Shown here one piece after another: positions 26,501-41,727 of a stretch of 64,000 bases of DNA. Positions within the stretch are counted from its first letter, which is position 1; each line of letters begins with the position of its first letter. A model generated the notes under the pieces. The model was not told where the DNA came from and made no database searches. It saw only the letters and a list, made by a program, of their open reading frames with translations. The stretch comes from Lingula anatina (lineage: Eukaryota > Animalia > Brachiopoda), in NCBI GenBank assembly GCA_051362555.1, contig CM120647.1, positions 10,702,651 to 10,766,650 of the forward strand, given 5' to 3'. A program made the translations under genes and the position numbers.

Positions 26501-29500
26501 CGCAGATGTAAACTTTCTAAAGTATACCCTATTATTATGCAAAAGGTAATTTGCTAAGTCCCACGGGCGCCCTCATTCGTTCTCGTCTGGTGGCATCCCG
26601 ATTCAGGGGCCAGGTCGTTGTCGTGATGGACTGACCTGCCTCATCCGGGACTCGAACCCGTGACTTTGCGTTACCAAGGTTGATGACGCTTTGGATGTGT
26701 CATTTGCATCCATGCACGCTACCGACTGCTCCGTGACTGACCCGCCCACCCTCCGTACGTGCGAGTTTCCTCTTATAGTAATCAATCGCAATTTAAAAAA
26801 AATTAATTCTGGCAAAAATATTGTCACAGCAGCTGCTGGGACTCGAACTGGCGTTCGAGCGACTGCCTGCATGCAAGCCAGGAGAGTTACCACGCAGCCA
26901 CGACAGCTCCGTTGTGGCGGAGTAATCGGATGGAAACTTTCAACCTCGTCACCGAAGGCGCCAGATTGGGTGCACATGTGTAGCCCTGCTGTCGCAATCG
27001 ATAATCCGGGTGCCGCATTTCGGCCCACGCAACCCCAGTCCCCGATATGAACGGTAAAATTCATGATGTACACGAAGCCGTGTTTGACAACCCGACTCGG
27101 AGCTCGGAGTTTGTTTTATACTAAGATTGATTTTGGCTTTACCCATGATATTAAAGAGTACAGTGGGATCAGAGGCGGTGCACAACCGACGGGTTTTACT
27201 TTTAGCGAGACCATATAGGAGGAGAGAATTAATAAAAAAAAAAATAAAAATACATTCAAGTGTTTAATTATTGGCGCGATTGCAGCCTTGGAAAATTTCG
27301 CGTAAAACATATTTGGCAAAGAATTCCGCCGAGGAGATATCGTTTTTCTATCGAACATGGTTAACAGGTGGTATGACGTGCTGTTATACCGGAAAAGCTA
27401 CAGAATCGAAACAAGTTGGATCGTATTCATTGATAGGCCTGCTCTGTACATTCCTAGTAATAAAGATGACTCTGGATGCTGTTATTTTCATTTGGTTTTG
27501 CATTGAGATAACGTTTGGTTTCACCTTTGACGTTGTAGAGCACGATGACGTCCACAGCCGTTCACACCTCGGCGGTTTTAGTATTGAGTAGTCTTTACTC
27601 TTTCCAGTGTCGACTGCGGACATGCCCCGGGTAGTGTATGAACATATGAACAGTCTTGAGAACCAAGGGCCCAAGACAGGAAAGGAGGGGCTTAAAAAGA
27701 CGAAACGGGTGCCTGATAAAAGGAGTGGAGGTGACGCGACTTTTGTATAAAATCAAAAGTTTTCTCTCTGCTAATCCCAGCAAAAAGATGGCACATTTTG
27801 ATGGAATGCAAACCATACGGAGTTAGCTATAGCTTAATTTAAGTTCAAGATCTGTGGCACCAATATAATGACTTTTAACTGAAGAGAAAAGAAATATAAT
27901 TGTCGACGCAGATGTAAACTTTCTAAAGTATACCGTATTATTATGCAAAAGGTAATTTGCTAAGTCCCACGGGCGCCCTCATTCGTTCTCGTCTGGTGGC
28001 ATCCCGATTCAGGGGCCAGGTCGTTGTCGTGATGGACTGACCTGCCTCATCCGGGACTCGAACCCGTGACTTTGCGTTACCAAGGTTGATGACGCTTTGG
28101 ATGTGTCATTTGCATCCATGCACGCTACCGACTGCTCCGTGACTGACCCGCCCACCCTCCGTACGTGCGAGTTTCCTCTTATAGTAATCAATCGCAATTT
28201 TAAAAAAAATTAATTCTGGCAAAAATATTGTCTCAGCAGCTGCTGGGACTCGAACCGGCGTTCGAGCGACTGCCTGCATGCAAGCCAGGAGAGTTACCAC
28301 GCAGCCACGACAGCTCCGTTGTGGCGAGGTAATCGGATGGAAACTTTCAACCTCGTCACGGAAGGCGCCAGATTGGGTGCACATGTGTAGCCCTGCTGTC
28401 GCAATCGATAATCCGGGTGCCGCATTTCGGCCCACGCAACCCCAGTCCCCGACATGAACGGTAAAATTCATGATGTACACGAAGCCGTGTTTGACAACCC
28501 GACTCGGAGCTCGGAGTTTGTTTTATACTAAGATTGATTTTGGCTTTACCCATGATATTAAAGAGTACAGTGGGATCAGAGGCGGTGCACAACCGACGGG
28601 TTTTACTTTTAGCGAGACCATATAGGAGGAGAGAATTAATAAAAAAAATAAAAATACATTCAAGTGTTTAATTACTGGCGCGATTGCAGCCTTGGAAAAT
28701 TTCGCGTAAAACATATTTGGCAAAGAATTCCGCCGAGGAGATATCGTTTTTCTATCGAACACGGTTAACAGGTGGTATGACGTGCTGTTATACCGGAAAA
28801 GCTACAGAATCGAAACAAGTTGGATCGTATTCATTGATAGGCCTGCTCTGTACATTCCTAGTAATAAAGATGACTTCGGATGCTGTTATTTTCATTTGGT
28901 TTTGCATTGAGATAACGTTTGGTTTCACCTTTGACGTTGTAGAGCACGATGACGTCCACAGCCGTTCACACCTCGGCGGTTTTAGTATTGAGTAGTCTTT
29001 ACTCTTTCCAGTGTCGACTGCGGACATGCCCCGGGTAGTGTATGAACATATGAACAGTCTTGAGAACCAAGGGCCCAAGACAGGAAAGGAGGGGCTTAAA
29101 AAGACGAAACGGGTGCCTGATAAAAGGATTGGAGGTGACGCGACTTTTGTATAAAATCAAAAGTTTTCTCTCTGCTAATCCCAGCAAAAAGATGGCACAT
29201 TTTGATGGAATGCAAACCATACGGAGTTAGCTATAGCTTAATTTAAGTTCAAGATCTGTGGCACCAATATAATGACTTTTAACTGAAGAGAAAAGAAATA
29301 TAATTGTCGACGCAGATGTAAACTTTCTAAAGTATACCGTATTATTATGCAAAAGGTAATTTGCTAAGTCCCACGGGCGCCCTCATTCGTTCTCGTCTGG
29401 TGGCATCCCGATTCAGGGGCCAGGTCGTTGTCGTGATGGACTGACCTGCCTCATCCGGGACTCGAACCCGTGACTTTGCGTTACCAAGGTTGATGACGCT

Positions 29501-31555
29501 TTGGATGTGTCATTTGCATCCATGCACGCTACCGACTGCTCCGTGACTGACCCGCCCACCCTCCGTACGTGCGAGTTTCCTCTTATAGTAATCAATCGCA
29601 ATTTAAAAAAAAATTAATTCTGGCAAAAATATTGTCTCAGTAGCTGCTGGGACTCGAACCGGCGTTCGAGCGACTGCCTGCATGCAAGCCAGGAGAGTTA
29701 CCACGCAGCCACGACAGCTCCGTTGTGGCGGAGTAATCGGATGGAAACTTTCAACCTCGTCACCGAAGGCGCCAGATTGGGTGCACATGTGTAGCCCTGC
29801 TGTCGCAATCGATAATCCGGGTGCCGCATTTCGGCCCACGCAACCCCAGTCCCCGACATGAACGGTAAAATTCATGATGTACACGAAGCCGTGTTTGACA
29901 ACCCGACTCGGAGCTCGGAGTTTGTTTTATACTAAGATTGATTTTGGCTTTACCCATGATAAAAAGACGAAACGGGTGCCTGATAAAAGGAGTGGAGGTG
30001 ACGCGACTTTTGTATAAAATCAAAAGTTTTCTCTCTGCTAATCCCAGCAAAAAGATGGCACATTTTGATGGAATGCAAGTCATACGGAGTTAGCTATAGC
30101 TCAATTTAAGTTCAAGATCTGTGGCACCAATATAATGACTTTTAACTGAAGAGAAAAGAAATATAATTGTCGACGCAGATGTAAACTTTCTAAAGTATAC
30201 CCTATTATTATGCAAAAGGTAATTTGCTAAGTCCCACGGGCGCCCTCATTCGTTCTCGTCTGGTGGCATCCCGATTCAGGGGCCAGGTCGTTGTCGTGAT
30301 GGACTGACCTGCCTCATCCGGGACTCGAACCCGTGACTTTGCGTTACCAAGGTTGATGACGCTTTGGATGTGTCATTTGCATCCATGCACGCTACCGACT
30401 GCTCCGTGACTGACCCGCCCACCCTCCGTACGTGCGAGTTTCCTCTTATAGTAATCAATCGCAATTTAAAAAAAATTAATTCTGGCAAAAATATTGTCAC
30501 AGTAGCTGCTGGGACTCGAACTGGCGTTCGAGCGACTGCCTGCATGCAAGCCAGGAGAGTTACCACGCAGCCACGACAGCTCCGTTGTGGCGGAGTAATC
30601 GGATGGAAACTTTCAACCTCGTCACCGAAGGCGCCAGATTGGGTGCACATGTGTAGCCCTGCTGTCGCAATCGATAATCCGGGTGCCGCATTTCGGCCCA
30701 CGCAACCCCAGTCCCCGATATGAACGGTAAAATTCATGATGTACACGAAGCCGTGTTTGACAACCCGACTCGGAGCTCGGAGTTTGTTTTATACTAAGAT
30801 TGATTTTGGCTTTACCCATGATATTAAAGAGTACAGTGGGATCAGAGGCGGTGCACAACCGACGGGTTTTACTTTTAGCGAGACCATATAGGAGGAGAGA
30901 ATTAATAAAAAAAAAAATAAAAATACATTCAAGTGTTTAATTATTGGCGCGATTGCAGCCTTGGAAAATTTCGCGTAAAACATATTTGGCAAAGAATTCC
31001 GCCGAGGAGATATCGTTTTTCTATCGAACATGGTTAACAGGTGGTATGACGTGCTGTTATACCGGAAAAGCTACAGAATCGAAACAAGTTGGATCGTATT
31101 CATTGATAGGCCTGCTCTGTACATTCCTAGTAATAAAGATGACTCTGGATGCTGTTATTTTCATTTGGTTTTGCATTGAGATAACGTTTGGTTTCACCTT
31201 TGACGTTGTAGAGCACGATGACGTCCACAGCCGTTCACACCTCGGCGGTTTTAGTATTGAGTAGTCTTTACTCTTTCCAGTGTCGACTGCGGACATGCCC
31301 CGGGTAGTGTATGAACATATGAACAGTCTTGAGAACCAAGGGCCCAAGACAGGAAAGGAGGGGCTTAAAAAGACGAAACGGGTGCCTGATAAAAGGAGTG
31401 GAGGTGACGCGACTTTTGTATAAAATCAAAAGTTTTCTCTCTGCTAATCCCAGCAAAAAGATGGCACATTTTGATGGAATGCAAGCCATACGGAGTTAGC
31501 TATAGCTTAATTTAAGTTCAAGATCTGTGGCACCAATATAATGACTTTTAACTGA
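20537..31555. repeat. Higher-order repeat, 3 x 3673 bp (1404+863+1406), containing deletion type B units
   Basis: Marker positions 20663, 24336, 28009 and 31682 are 3673 apart. Deletion junction cccatgaTAaaaagacg (first at 22614-22615). Position-specific alleles (ccctatt, gaactggcg, cgatatg, aacatgg, gactctgg) recur with the same period. Confidence 0.95.
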
Positions 31556-34500
31556 AGAGAAAAGAAATATAATTGTCGACGCAGATGTAAACTTTCTAAA
31601 GTATACCGTATTATTATGCAAAAGGTAATTTGCTAAGTCCCACGGGCGCCCTCATTCGTTCTCGTCTGGTGGCATCCCGATTCAGGGGCCAGGTCGTTGT
31701 CGTGATGGACTGACCTGCCTCATCCGGGACTCGAACCCGTGACTTTGCGTTACCAAGGTTGATGACGCTTTGGATGTGTCATTTGCATCCATGCACGCTA
31801 CCGACTGCTCCGTGACTGACCCGCCCACCCTCCGTACGTGCGAGTTTCCTCTTATAGTAATCAATCGCAATTTTAAAAAAAATTAATTCTGGCAAAAATA
31901 TTGTCTCAGCAGCTGCTGGGACTCGAACCGGCGTTCGAGCGACTGCCTGCATGCAAGCCTGGTGAGTTACCACGCAGCCACGACAGCTCCGTTGTGGCGA
32001 AGTAATCGGATGGAAACTTTCAACCTCGTCACGGAAGGCGCCAGATTGGGTGCAAATGTGTAGCCCTGCTGTCGCAATCGATAATCCGGGTGCCGCATTT
32101 CGGCCCACGCAACCCCAGTCCCCGACATGAACGGTAAAATTCATGATGTACACGAAGCCGTGTTTGACAACCCGACTCGGAGCTCGGAGTTTGTTTTATA
32201 CTAAGATTGATTTTGGCTTTACCCATGATATTAAAGAGTACAGTGGGATCAGAGGCGGTGCACAACCGACGGGTTTTACTTTTAGCGAGACCATATAGGA
32301 GGAGAGAATTAATAAAAAAAAAAATACATTCAAGTGTTTAATTACTGGCGCGATTGCAGCCTTGGAAAATTTCGCGTAAAACATATTTGGCAAAGAATTC
32401 CGCCGAGGAGATATCGTTTTTCTATCGAACACGGTTAACAGGTGGTATGACGTGCTGTTATACCGGAAAAGCTACAGAATCGAAACAAGTTGGATCGTAT
32501 TCATTGATAGGCCTGCTCTGTACATTCCTAGTAATAAAGATGACTTCGGATGCTGTTATTTTCATTTGGCTTTGCATTGACATAACGTTTGGTTTCACCT
32601 TTGACGTTGTAGAGCACGATGACGTCCACAGCCGTTCACACCTCGGCGGTTTTAGTATTGAGTAGTCTTTACTCTTTCCAGTGTCGACTGCGGACATGCC
32701 CCGGGTAGTGTATGAACATATGAACAGTCTTGAGAACCAAGGGCCCAAGACAGGAAAGGAGGGGCTTAAAAAGACGAAACGGGTGCCTGATAAAAGGAGT
32801 GGAGGTGACGCGACTTTTGTATAAAATCAAAAGTTTTCTCTCTGCTAATCCCAGCAAAAAGATGGCACATTTTGATGAAATGCAAGCCATACGGAGTTAG
32901 CTATAGCTCAATTTAAGTTCAAGATCTGTGGCACCAATATAATGACTTTTAACTGAAGAGAAAGGAAATATAATTGTCGACGCAGATGTAAACTTTCTAA
33001 AGTATACCGTATTATTATGCAAAAGGTAATTTGCTAAGTCCCACGGGCGCCCTCATTCGTTCTCGTCTGGTGGCATCCCGATTCAGGGGCCAGGTCGTTG
33101 TCGTGATGGACTGACCTGCCTCATCCGGGACTCGAACCCGTGACTTTGCGTTACCAAGGTTGATGACGCTTTGGATGTGTCATTTGCATCCATGCACGCT
33201 ACCGACTGCTCCGTGACTGACCCGCCCACCCTCCGTACGTGCGAGTTTCCTCTTATAGTAATCAATCGCAATTTAAAAAAAAATTAATTCTGGCAAAAAT
33301 ATTGTCTCAGTAGCTGCTGGGACTCGAACCGGCGTTCGAGCGACTGCCTGCATGCAAGCCAGGAGAGTTACCACGCAGCCACGACAGCTCCGTTGTGGCG
33401 GAGTAATCGGATGGAAACTTTCAACCTCGTCACCGAAGGCGCCAGATTGGGTGCACATGTGTAGCCCTGCTGTCGCAATCGATAATCCGGGTGCCGCATT
33501 TCGGCCCACGCAACCCCAGTCCCCGACATGAACGGTAAAATTCATGATGTACACGAAGCCGTGTTTGACAACCCGACTCGGAGCTCGGAGTTTGTTTTAT
33601 ACTAAGATTGATTTTGGCTTTACCCATGATAAAAAGACGAAACGGGTGCCTGATAAAAGGAGTGGAGGTGACGCGACTTTTGTATAAAATCAAAAGTTTT
33701 CTCTCTGCTAATCCCAGCAAAAAGATGGCACATTTTGATGGAATGCAAGTCATACGGAGTTAGCTATAGCTCAATTTAAGTTCAAGATCTGTGGCACCAA
33801 TATAATGACTTTTAACTGAAGAGAAAAGAAATATAATTGTCGACGCAGATGTAAACTTTCTAAAGTATACCCTATTATTATGCAAAAGGTAATTTGCTAA
33901 GTCCCACGGGCGCCCTCATTCGTTCTCGTCTGGTGGCATCCCGATTCAGGGGCCAGGTCGTTGTCGTGATGGACTGACCTGCCTCATCCGGGACTCGAAC
34001 CCGTGACTTTGCGTTACCAAGGTTGATGACGCTTTGGATGTGTCATTTGCATCCATGCACGCTACCGACTGCTCCGTGACTGACCCGCCCACCCTCCGTA
34101 CGTGCGAGTTTCCTCTTATAGTAATCAATCGCAATTTAAAAAAAATTAATTCTGGCAAAAATATTGTCACAGTAGCTGCTGGGACTCGAACTGGCGTTCG
34201 AGCGACTGCCTGCATGCAAGCCAGGAGAGTTACCACGCAGCCACGACAGCTCCGTTGTGGCGGAGTAATCGGATGGAAACTTTCAACCTCGTCACCGAAG
34301 GCGCCAGATTGGGTGCACATGTGTAGCCCTGCTGTCGCAATCGATAATCCGGGTGCCGCATTTCGGCCCACGCAACCCCAGTCCCCGATATGAACGGTAA
34401 AATTCATGATGTACACGAAGCCGTGTTTGACAACCCGACTCGGAGCTCGGAGTTTGTTTTATACTAAGATTGATTTTGGCTTTACCCATGATATTAAAGA

Positions 34501-37500
34501 GTACAGTGGGATCAGAGGCGGTGCACAACCGACGGGTTTTACTTTTAGCGAGACCATATAGGAGGAGAGAATTAATAAAAAAAAAAATAAAAATACATTC
34601 AAGTGTTTAATTATTGGCGCGATTGCAGCCTTGGAAAATTTCGCGTAAAACATATTTGGCAAAGAATTCCGCCGAGGAGATATCGTTTTTCTATCGAACA
34701 TGGTTAACAGGTGGTATGACGTGCTGTTATACCGGAAAAGCTACAGAATCGAAACAAGTTGGATCGTATTCATTGATAGGCCTGCTCTGTACATTCCTAG
34801 TAATAAAGATGACTCTGGATGCTGTTATTTTCATTTGGTTTTGCATTGAGATAACGTTTGGTTTCACCTTTGACGTTGTAGAGCACGATGACGTCCACAG
34901 CCGTTCACACCTCGGCGGTTTTAGTATTGAGTAGTCTTTACTCTTTCCAGTGTCGACTGCGGACATGCCCCGGGTAGTGTATGAACATATGAACAGTCTT
35001 GAGAACCAAGGGCCCAAGACAGGAAAGGAGGGGCTTAAAAAGACGAAACGGGTGCCTGATAAAAGGAGTGGAGGTGACGCGACTTTTGTATAAAATCAAA
35101 AGTTTTCTCTCTGCTAATCCCAGCAAAAAGATGGCACATTTTGATGGAATGCAAGCCATACGGAGTTAGCTATAGCTTAATTTAAGTTCAAGATCTGTGG
35201 CACCAATATAATGACTTTTAACTGAAGAGAAAAGAAATATAATTGTCGACGCAGATGTAAACTTTCTAAAGTATACCGTATTATTATGCAAAAGGTAATT
35301 TGCTAAGTCCCACGGGCGCCCTCATTCGTTCTCGTCTGGTGGCATCCCGATTCAGGGGCCAGGTCGTTGTCGTGATGGACTGACCTGCCTCATCCGGGAC
35401 TCGAACCCGTGACTTTGCGTTACCAAGGTTGATGACGCTTTGGATGTGTCATTTGCATCCATGCACGCTACCGACTGCTCCGTGACTGACCCGCCCACCC
35501 TCCGTACGTGCGAGTTTCCTCTTATAGTAATCAATCGCAATTTAAAAAAAAATTAATTCTGGCAAAAATATTGTCTCAGCAGCTGCTGGGACTCGAACCG
35601 GCGTTCGAGCGACTGCCTGCATGCAAGCCAGGAGAGTTACCACGCAGCCACGACAGCTCCGTTGTGGCGAAGTAATCGGATGGAAACTTTCAACCTCGTC
35701 ACCGAAGGCGCCAGATTGGGTGCACATGTGTAGCCCTGCTGTCGCAATCGATAATCCGGGTGCCGCATTTCGGCCCACGCAACCCCAGTCCCCGACATGA
35801 ACGGTAAAATTCATGATGTACACGAAGCCGTGTTTGACAACCCGACTCGGAGCTCGGAGTTTGTTTTATACTAAGATTGATTTTGGCTTTACCCATGATA
35901 AAAAGACGAAACGGGTGCCTGATAAAAGGAGTGGAGGTGACGCGACTTTTGTATAAAATCAAAAGTTTTCTCTCTGCTAATCCCAGCAAAAAGATGGCAC
36001 ATTTTGATGGAATGCAAGTCATACGGAGTTAGCTATAGCTCAATTTAAGTTCAAGATCTGTGGCACCAATATAATGACTTTTAACTGAAGAGAAAAGAAA
36101 TATAATTGTCGACGCAGATGTAAACTTTCTAAAGTATACCGTATTATTATGCAAAAGGTAATTTGCTAAGTCCCACGGGCGCCCTCATTCGTTCTCGTCT
36201 GGTGGCATCCCGATTCAGGGGCCAGGTCGTTGTCGTGATGGACTGACCTGCCTCATCCGGGACTCGAACCCGTGACTTTGCGTTACCAAGGTTGATGACG
36301 CTTTGGATGTGTCATTTGCATCCATGCACGCTACCGACTGCTCCGTGACTGACCCGCCCACCCTCCGTACGTGCGAGTTTCCTCTTATAGTAATCAATCG
36401 CAATTTAAAAAAAATTAATTCTGGCAAAAATATTGTCACAGTAGCTGCTGGGACTCGAACTGGCGTTCGAGCGACTGCCTGCATGCAAGCCAGGAGAGTT
36501 ACCACGCAGCCACGACAGCTCCGTTGTGGCGGAGTAATCGGATGGAAACTTTCAACCTCGTCACCGAAGGCGCCAGATTGGGTGCACATGTGTAGCCCTG
36601 CTGTCGCAATCGATAATCCGGGTGCCGCATTTCGGCCCACGCAACCCCAGTCCCCGACATGAACGGTAAAATTCATGATGTACACGAAGCCGTGTTTGAC
36701 AACCCGACTCGGAGCTCGGAGTTTGTTTTATACTAAGATTGATTTTGGCTTTACCCATGATATTAAAGAGTACAGTGGGATCAGAGGCGGTGCACAACCG
36801 ACGGGTTTTACTTTTAGCGAGACCATATAGGAGGAGAGAATTAATAAAAAAAAAAATAAAAATACATTCAAGTGTTTAATTATTGGCGCGATTGCAGCCT
36901 TGGAAAATTTCGCGTAAAACATATTTGGCAAAGAATTCCGCCGAGGAGATATCGTTTTTCTATCGAACATGGTTAACAGGTGGTATGACGTGCTGTTATA
37001 CCGGAAAAGCTACAGAATCGAAACAAGTTGGATCGTATTCATTGATAGGCCTGCTCTGTACATTCCTAGTAATAAAGATGACTCTGGATGCTGTTATTTT
37101 CATTTGGTTTTGCATTGAGATAACGTTTGGTTTCACCTTTGACGTTGTAGAGCACGATGACGTCCACAGCCGTTCACACCTCGGCGGTTTTAGTATTGAG
37201 TAGTCTTTACTCTTTCCAGTGTCGACTGCGGACATGCCCCGGGTAGTGTATGAACATATGAACAGTCTTGAGAACCAAGGGCCCAAGACAGGAAAGGAGG
37301 GGCTTAAAAAGACGAAACGGGTGCCTGATAAAAGGAGTGGAGGTGACGCGACTTTTGTATAAAATCAAAAGTTTTCTCTCTGCTAATCCCAGCAAAAAGA
37401 TGGCACATTTTGATGGAATGCAAGCCATACGGAGTTAGCTATAGCTTAATTTAAGTTCAAGATCTGTGGCACCAATATAATGACTTTTAACTGAAGAGAA

Positions 37501-40500
37501 AAGAAATATAATTGTCGACGCAGATGTAAACTTTCTAAAGTATACCGTATTATTATGCAAAAGGTAATTTGCTAAGTCCCACGGGCGCCCTCATTCGTTC
37601 TCGTCTGGTGGCATCCCGATTCAGGGGCCAGGTCGTTGTCGTGATGGACTGACCTGCCTCATCCGGGACTCGAACCCGTGACTTTGCGTTACCAAGGTTG
37701 ATGACGCTTTGGATGTGTCATTTGCATCCATGCACGCTACCGACTGCTCCGTGACTGACCCGCCCACCCTCCGTACGTGCGAGTTTCCTCTTATAGTAAT
37801 CAATCGCAATTTTAAAAAAAATTAATTCTGGCAAAAATATTGTCTCAGCAGCTGCTGGGACTCGAACCGGCGTTCGAGCGACTGCCTGCATGCAAGCCTG
37901 GTGAGTTACCACGCAGCCACGACAGCTCCGTTGTGGCGAAGTAATCGGATGGAAACTTTCAACCTCGTCACGGAAGGCGCCAGATTGGGTGCACATGTGT
38001 AGCCCTGCTGTCGCAATCGATAATCCGGGTGCCGCATTTCGGCCCACGCAACCCCAGTCCCCGACATGAACGGTAAAATTCATGATGTACACGAAGCCGT
38101 GTTTGACAACCCGACTCGGAGCTCGGAGTTTGTTTTATACTAAGATTGATTTTGGCTTTACCCATGATATTAAAGAGTACAGTGGGATCAGAGGCGGTGC
38201 ACAACCGACGGGTTTTACTTTTAGCGAGACCATATAGGAGGAGAGAATTAATAAAAAAAAAAAATACATTCAAGTGTTTAATTACTGGCGCAATTGCAGC
38301 CTTGGAAAATTTCGCGTAAAACATATTTGGCAAAGAATTCCGCCGAGGAGATATCGTTTTTCTATCGAACACGGTTAACAGGTGGTATGACGTGCTGTTA
38401 TACCGGAAAAGCTACAGAATCGAAACAAGTTGGATCGTATTCATTGATAGGCCTGCTCTGTACATTCCTAGTAATAAAAATGACTTCGGATGCTGTTATT
38501 TTCATTTGGCTTTGCATTGACATAACGTTTGGTTTCACCTTTGACGTTGTAGAGCACGATGACGTCCACAGCCGTTCACACCTCGGCGGTTTTAGTATTG
38601 AGTAGTCTTTACTCTTTCCAGTGTCGACTGCGGACATGCCCCGGGTAGTGTATGAACATATGAACAGTCTTGAGAACCAAGGGCCCAAGACAGGAAAGGA
38701 GGGGCTTAAAAAGACGAAACGGGTGCCTGATAAAAGGAGTGGAGGTGACGCGACTTTTGTATAAAATCAAAAGTTTTCTCTCTGCTAATCCCAGCAAAAA
38801 GATGGCACATTTTGATGAAATGCAAGCCATACGGAGTTAGCTATAGCTCAATTTAAGTTCAAGATCTGTGGCACCAATATAATGACTTTTAACTGAAGAG
38901 AAAGGAAATATAATTGTCGACGCAGATGTAAACTTTCTAAAGTATACCGTATTATTTTACAAAAGGTAATTTGCTAAGTCCCACGGGCGCCCTCATTCGT
39001 TCTCGTCTGGTGGCATCCCGATTCAGGGGCCAGGTCGTTGTCGTGATGGACTGACCTGCCTCATCCGGGACTCGAACCCGTGACTTTGCGTTACCAAGGT
39101 TGATGACGCTTTGGATGTGTCATTTGCATCCATGCACGCTACCGACTGCTCCGTGACTGACCCGCCCACCCTCCGTACGTGCGAGTTTCCTCTTATAGTT
39201 ATCAATCGCAATTTTTAAAAAGTTAATTCTGGCAAAAATACTGTCACAGTAGCTGCTGGGACTCGAACCGGCGTACGAGTGACTGCCTGCATGCAAGCCA
39301 GGAGAGTAACCACGCAGCCACGACAGCTCCGTTGTGGCGAAGTAATCGGATGGAAACTTTCAACCTCGTCACGGAAGGCGCCAGATTGGGTGCACATGTG
39401 TAGCCCTGCTGTCGCAATCGATAATCCGGGTGCCGCATTTCGGCCCACGCAACCCCAGTCCCCGACATGAACGGTAAAATTCATGATGTACACGAAGCCG
39501 TGTTTGACAACCCGACTCGGAGCTCGGAGTTTGTTTTATACTAAGATTGATTTTGGCTTTACCCATGATAAAAAGACGAAACGGGTGCCTGATAAAAGGA
39601 GTGGAGGTGACGCGACTTTTGTATAAAATCAAAAGTTTTCTCTCTGCTAATCCCAGCAAAAAGATGGCACATTTTGATGGAATGCAAGTCATACGGAGTT
39701 AGCTATAGCTCAATTTAAGTTCAAGATCTGTGGCACCAATATAATGACTTTTAACTGAAGAGAAAAGAAATATAATTGTCGACGCAGATGTAAACTTTCT
39801 AAAGTATACCGTATTATTATGCAAAAGGTAATTTGCTAAGTCCCACGGGCGCCCTCATTCGTTCTCGTCTGGTGGCATCCCGATTCAGGGGCCAGGTCGT
39901 TGTCGTGATGGACTGACCTGCCTCATCCGGGACTCGAACCCGTGACTTTGCGTTACCAAGGTTGATGACGCTTTGGATGTGTCATTTGCATCCATGCACG
40001 CTACCGACTGCTCCGTGACTGACCCGCCCACCCTCCGTACGTGCGAGTTTCCTCTTATAGTAATCAATCGCAATTTAAAAAAAAATTAATTCTGGCAAAA
40101 ATATTGTCTCAGCAGCTGCTGGGACTCGAACCGGCGTTCGAGCGACTGCCTGCATGCAAGCCAGGAGAGTTACCACGCAGCCACGACAGCTCCGTTGTGG
40201 CGAAGTAATCGGATGGAAACTTTCAACCTCGTCACGGAAGGCGCCAGATTGGGTGCACATGTGTAGCCCTGCTGTCGCAATCGATAATCCGGGTGCCGCA
40301 TTTCGGCCCACGCAACCCCAGTCCCCGACATGAACGGTAAAATTCATGATGTACACGAAGCCGTGTTTGACAACCCGACTCGGAGCTCGGAGTTTGTTTT
40401 ATACTAAGATTGATTTTGGCTTTACCCATGATATTAAAGAGTACAGTGGGATCAGAGGCGGTGCACAACCGACGGGTTTTACTTTTAGCGAGACCATATA

Positions 40501-41727
40501 GGAGGAGAGAATTAATAAAAAAAAAAAATACATTCAAGTGTTTAATTACTGGCGCGATTGCAGCCTTGGAAAATTTCGCGTAAAACATATTTGGCAAAGA
40601 ATTCCGCCGAGGAGATATCGTTTTTCTATCGAACACGGTTAACAGGTGGTATGACGTGCTGTTATACCGGAAAAGCTACAGAATCGAAACAAGTTGGATC
40701 GTATTCATTGATAGGCCTGCTCTGTACATTCCTAGTAATAAAGATGACTTCGGATGCTGTTATTTTCATTTGGCTTTGCATTGACATAACGTTTGGTTTC
40801 ACCTTTGACGTTGTAGAGCACGATGACGTCCACAGCCGTTCACACCTCGGCGGTTTTAGTATTGAGTAGTCTTTACTCTTTCCAGTGTCGACTGCGGACA
40901 TGCCCCGGGTAGTGTATGAACATATGAACAGTCTTGAGAACCAAGGGCCCAAGACAGGAAAGGAGGGGCTTAAAAAGACGAAACGGGTGCCTGATAAAAG
41001 GAGTGGAGGTGACGCGACTTTTGTATAAAATCAAAAGTTTTCTCTCTGCTAATCCCAGCAAAAAGATGGCACATTTTGATGAAATGCAAGCCATACGGAG
41101 TTAGCTATAGCTCAATTTAAGTTCAAGATCTGTGGCACCAATATAATGACTTTTAACTGAAGAGAAAGGAAATATAATTGTCGACGCAGATGTAAACTTT
41201 CTAAAGTATACCGTATTATTATGCAAAAGGTAATTTGCTAAGTCCCACGGGCGCCCTCATTCGTTCTCGTCTGGTGGCATCCCGATTCAGGGGCCAGGTC
41301 GTTGTCGTGATGGACTGACCTGCCTCATCCGGGACTCGAACCCGTGACTTTGCGTTACCAAGGTTGATGACGCTTTGGATGTGTCATTTGCATCCATGCA
41401 CGCTACCGACTGCTCCGTGACTGACCCGCCCACCCTCCGTACGTGCGAGTTTCCTCTTATAGTTATCAATCGCAATTTTTAAAAAGTTAATTCTGGCAAA
41501 AATACTGTCACAGTAGCTGCTGGGACTCGAACCGGCGTACGAGTGACTGCCTGCATGCAAGCCAGGAGAGTTACCACGCAGCCACGACAGCTCCGTTGTG
41601 GCGAAATAATCGGATGGAAACTTTCAACCTCGTCACCGAAGGCGCCAGATTGGGTGCACATGTGTAGTCCTGCTGTCGCAATCGATAATCCGGGTGCCGC
41701 ATTTCGGCCCACGCAACCCCAGTCACC

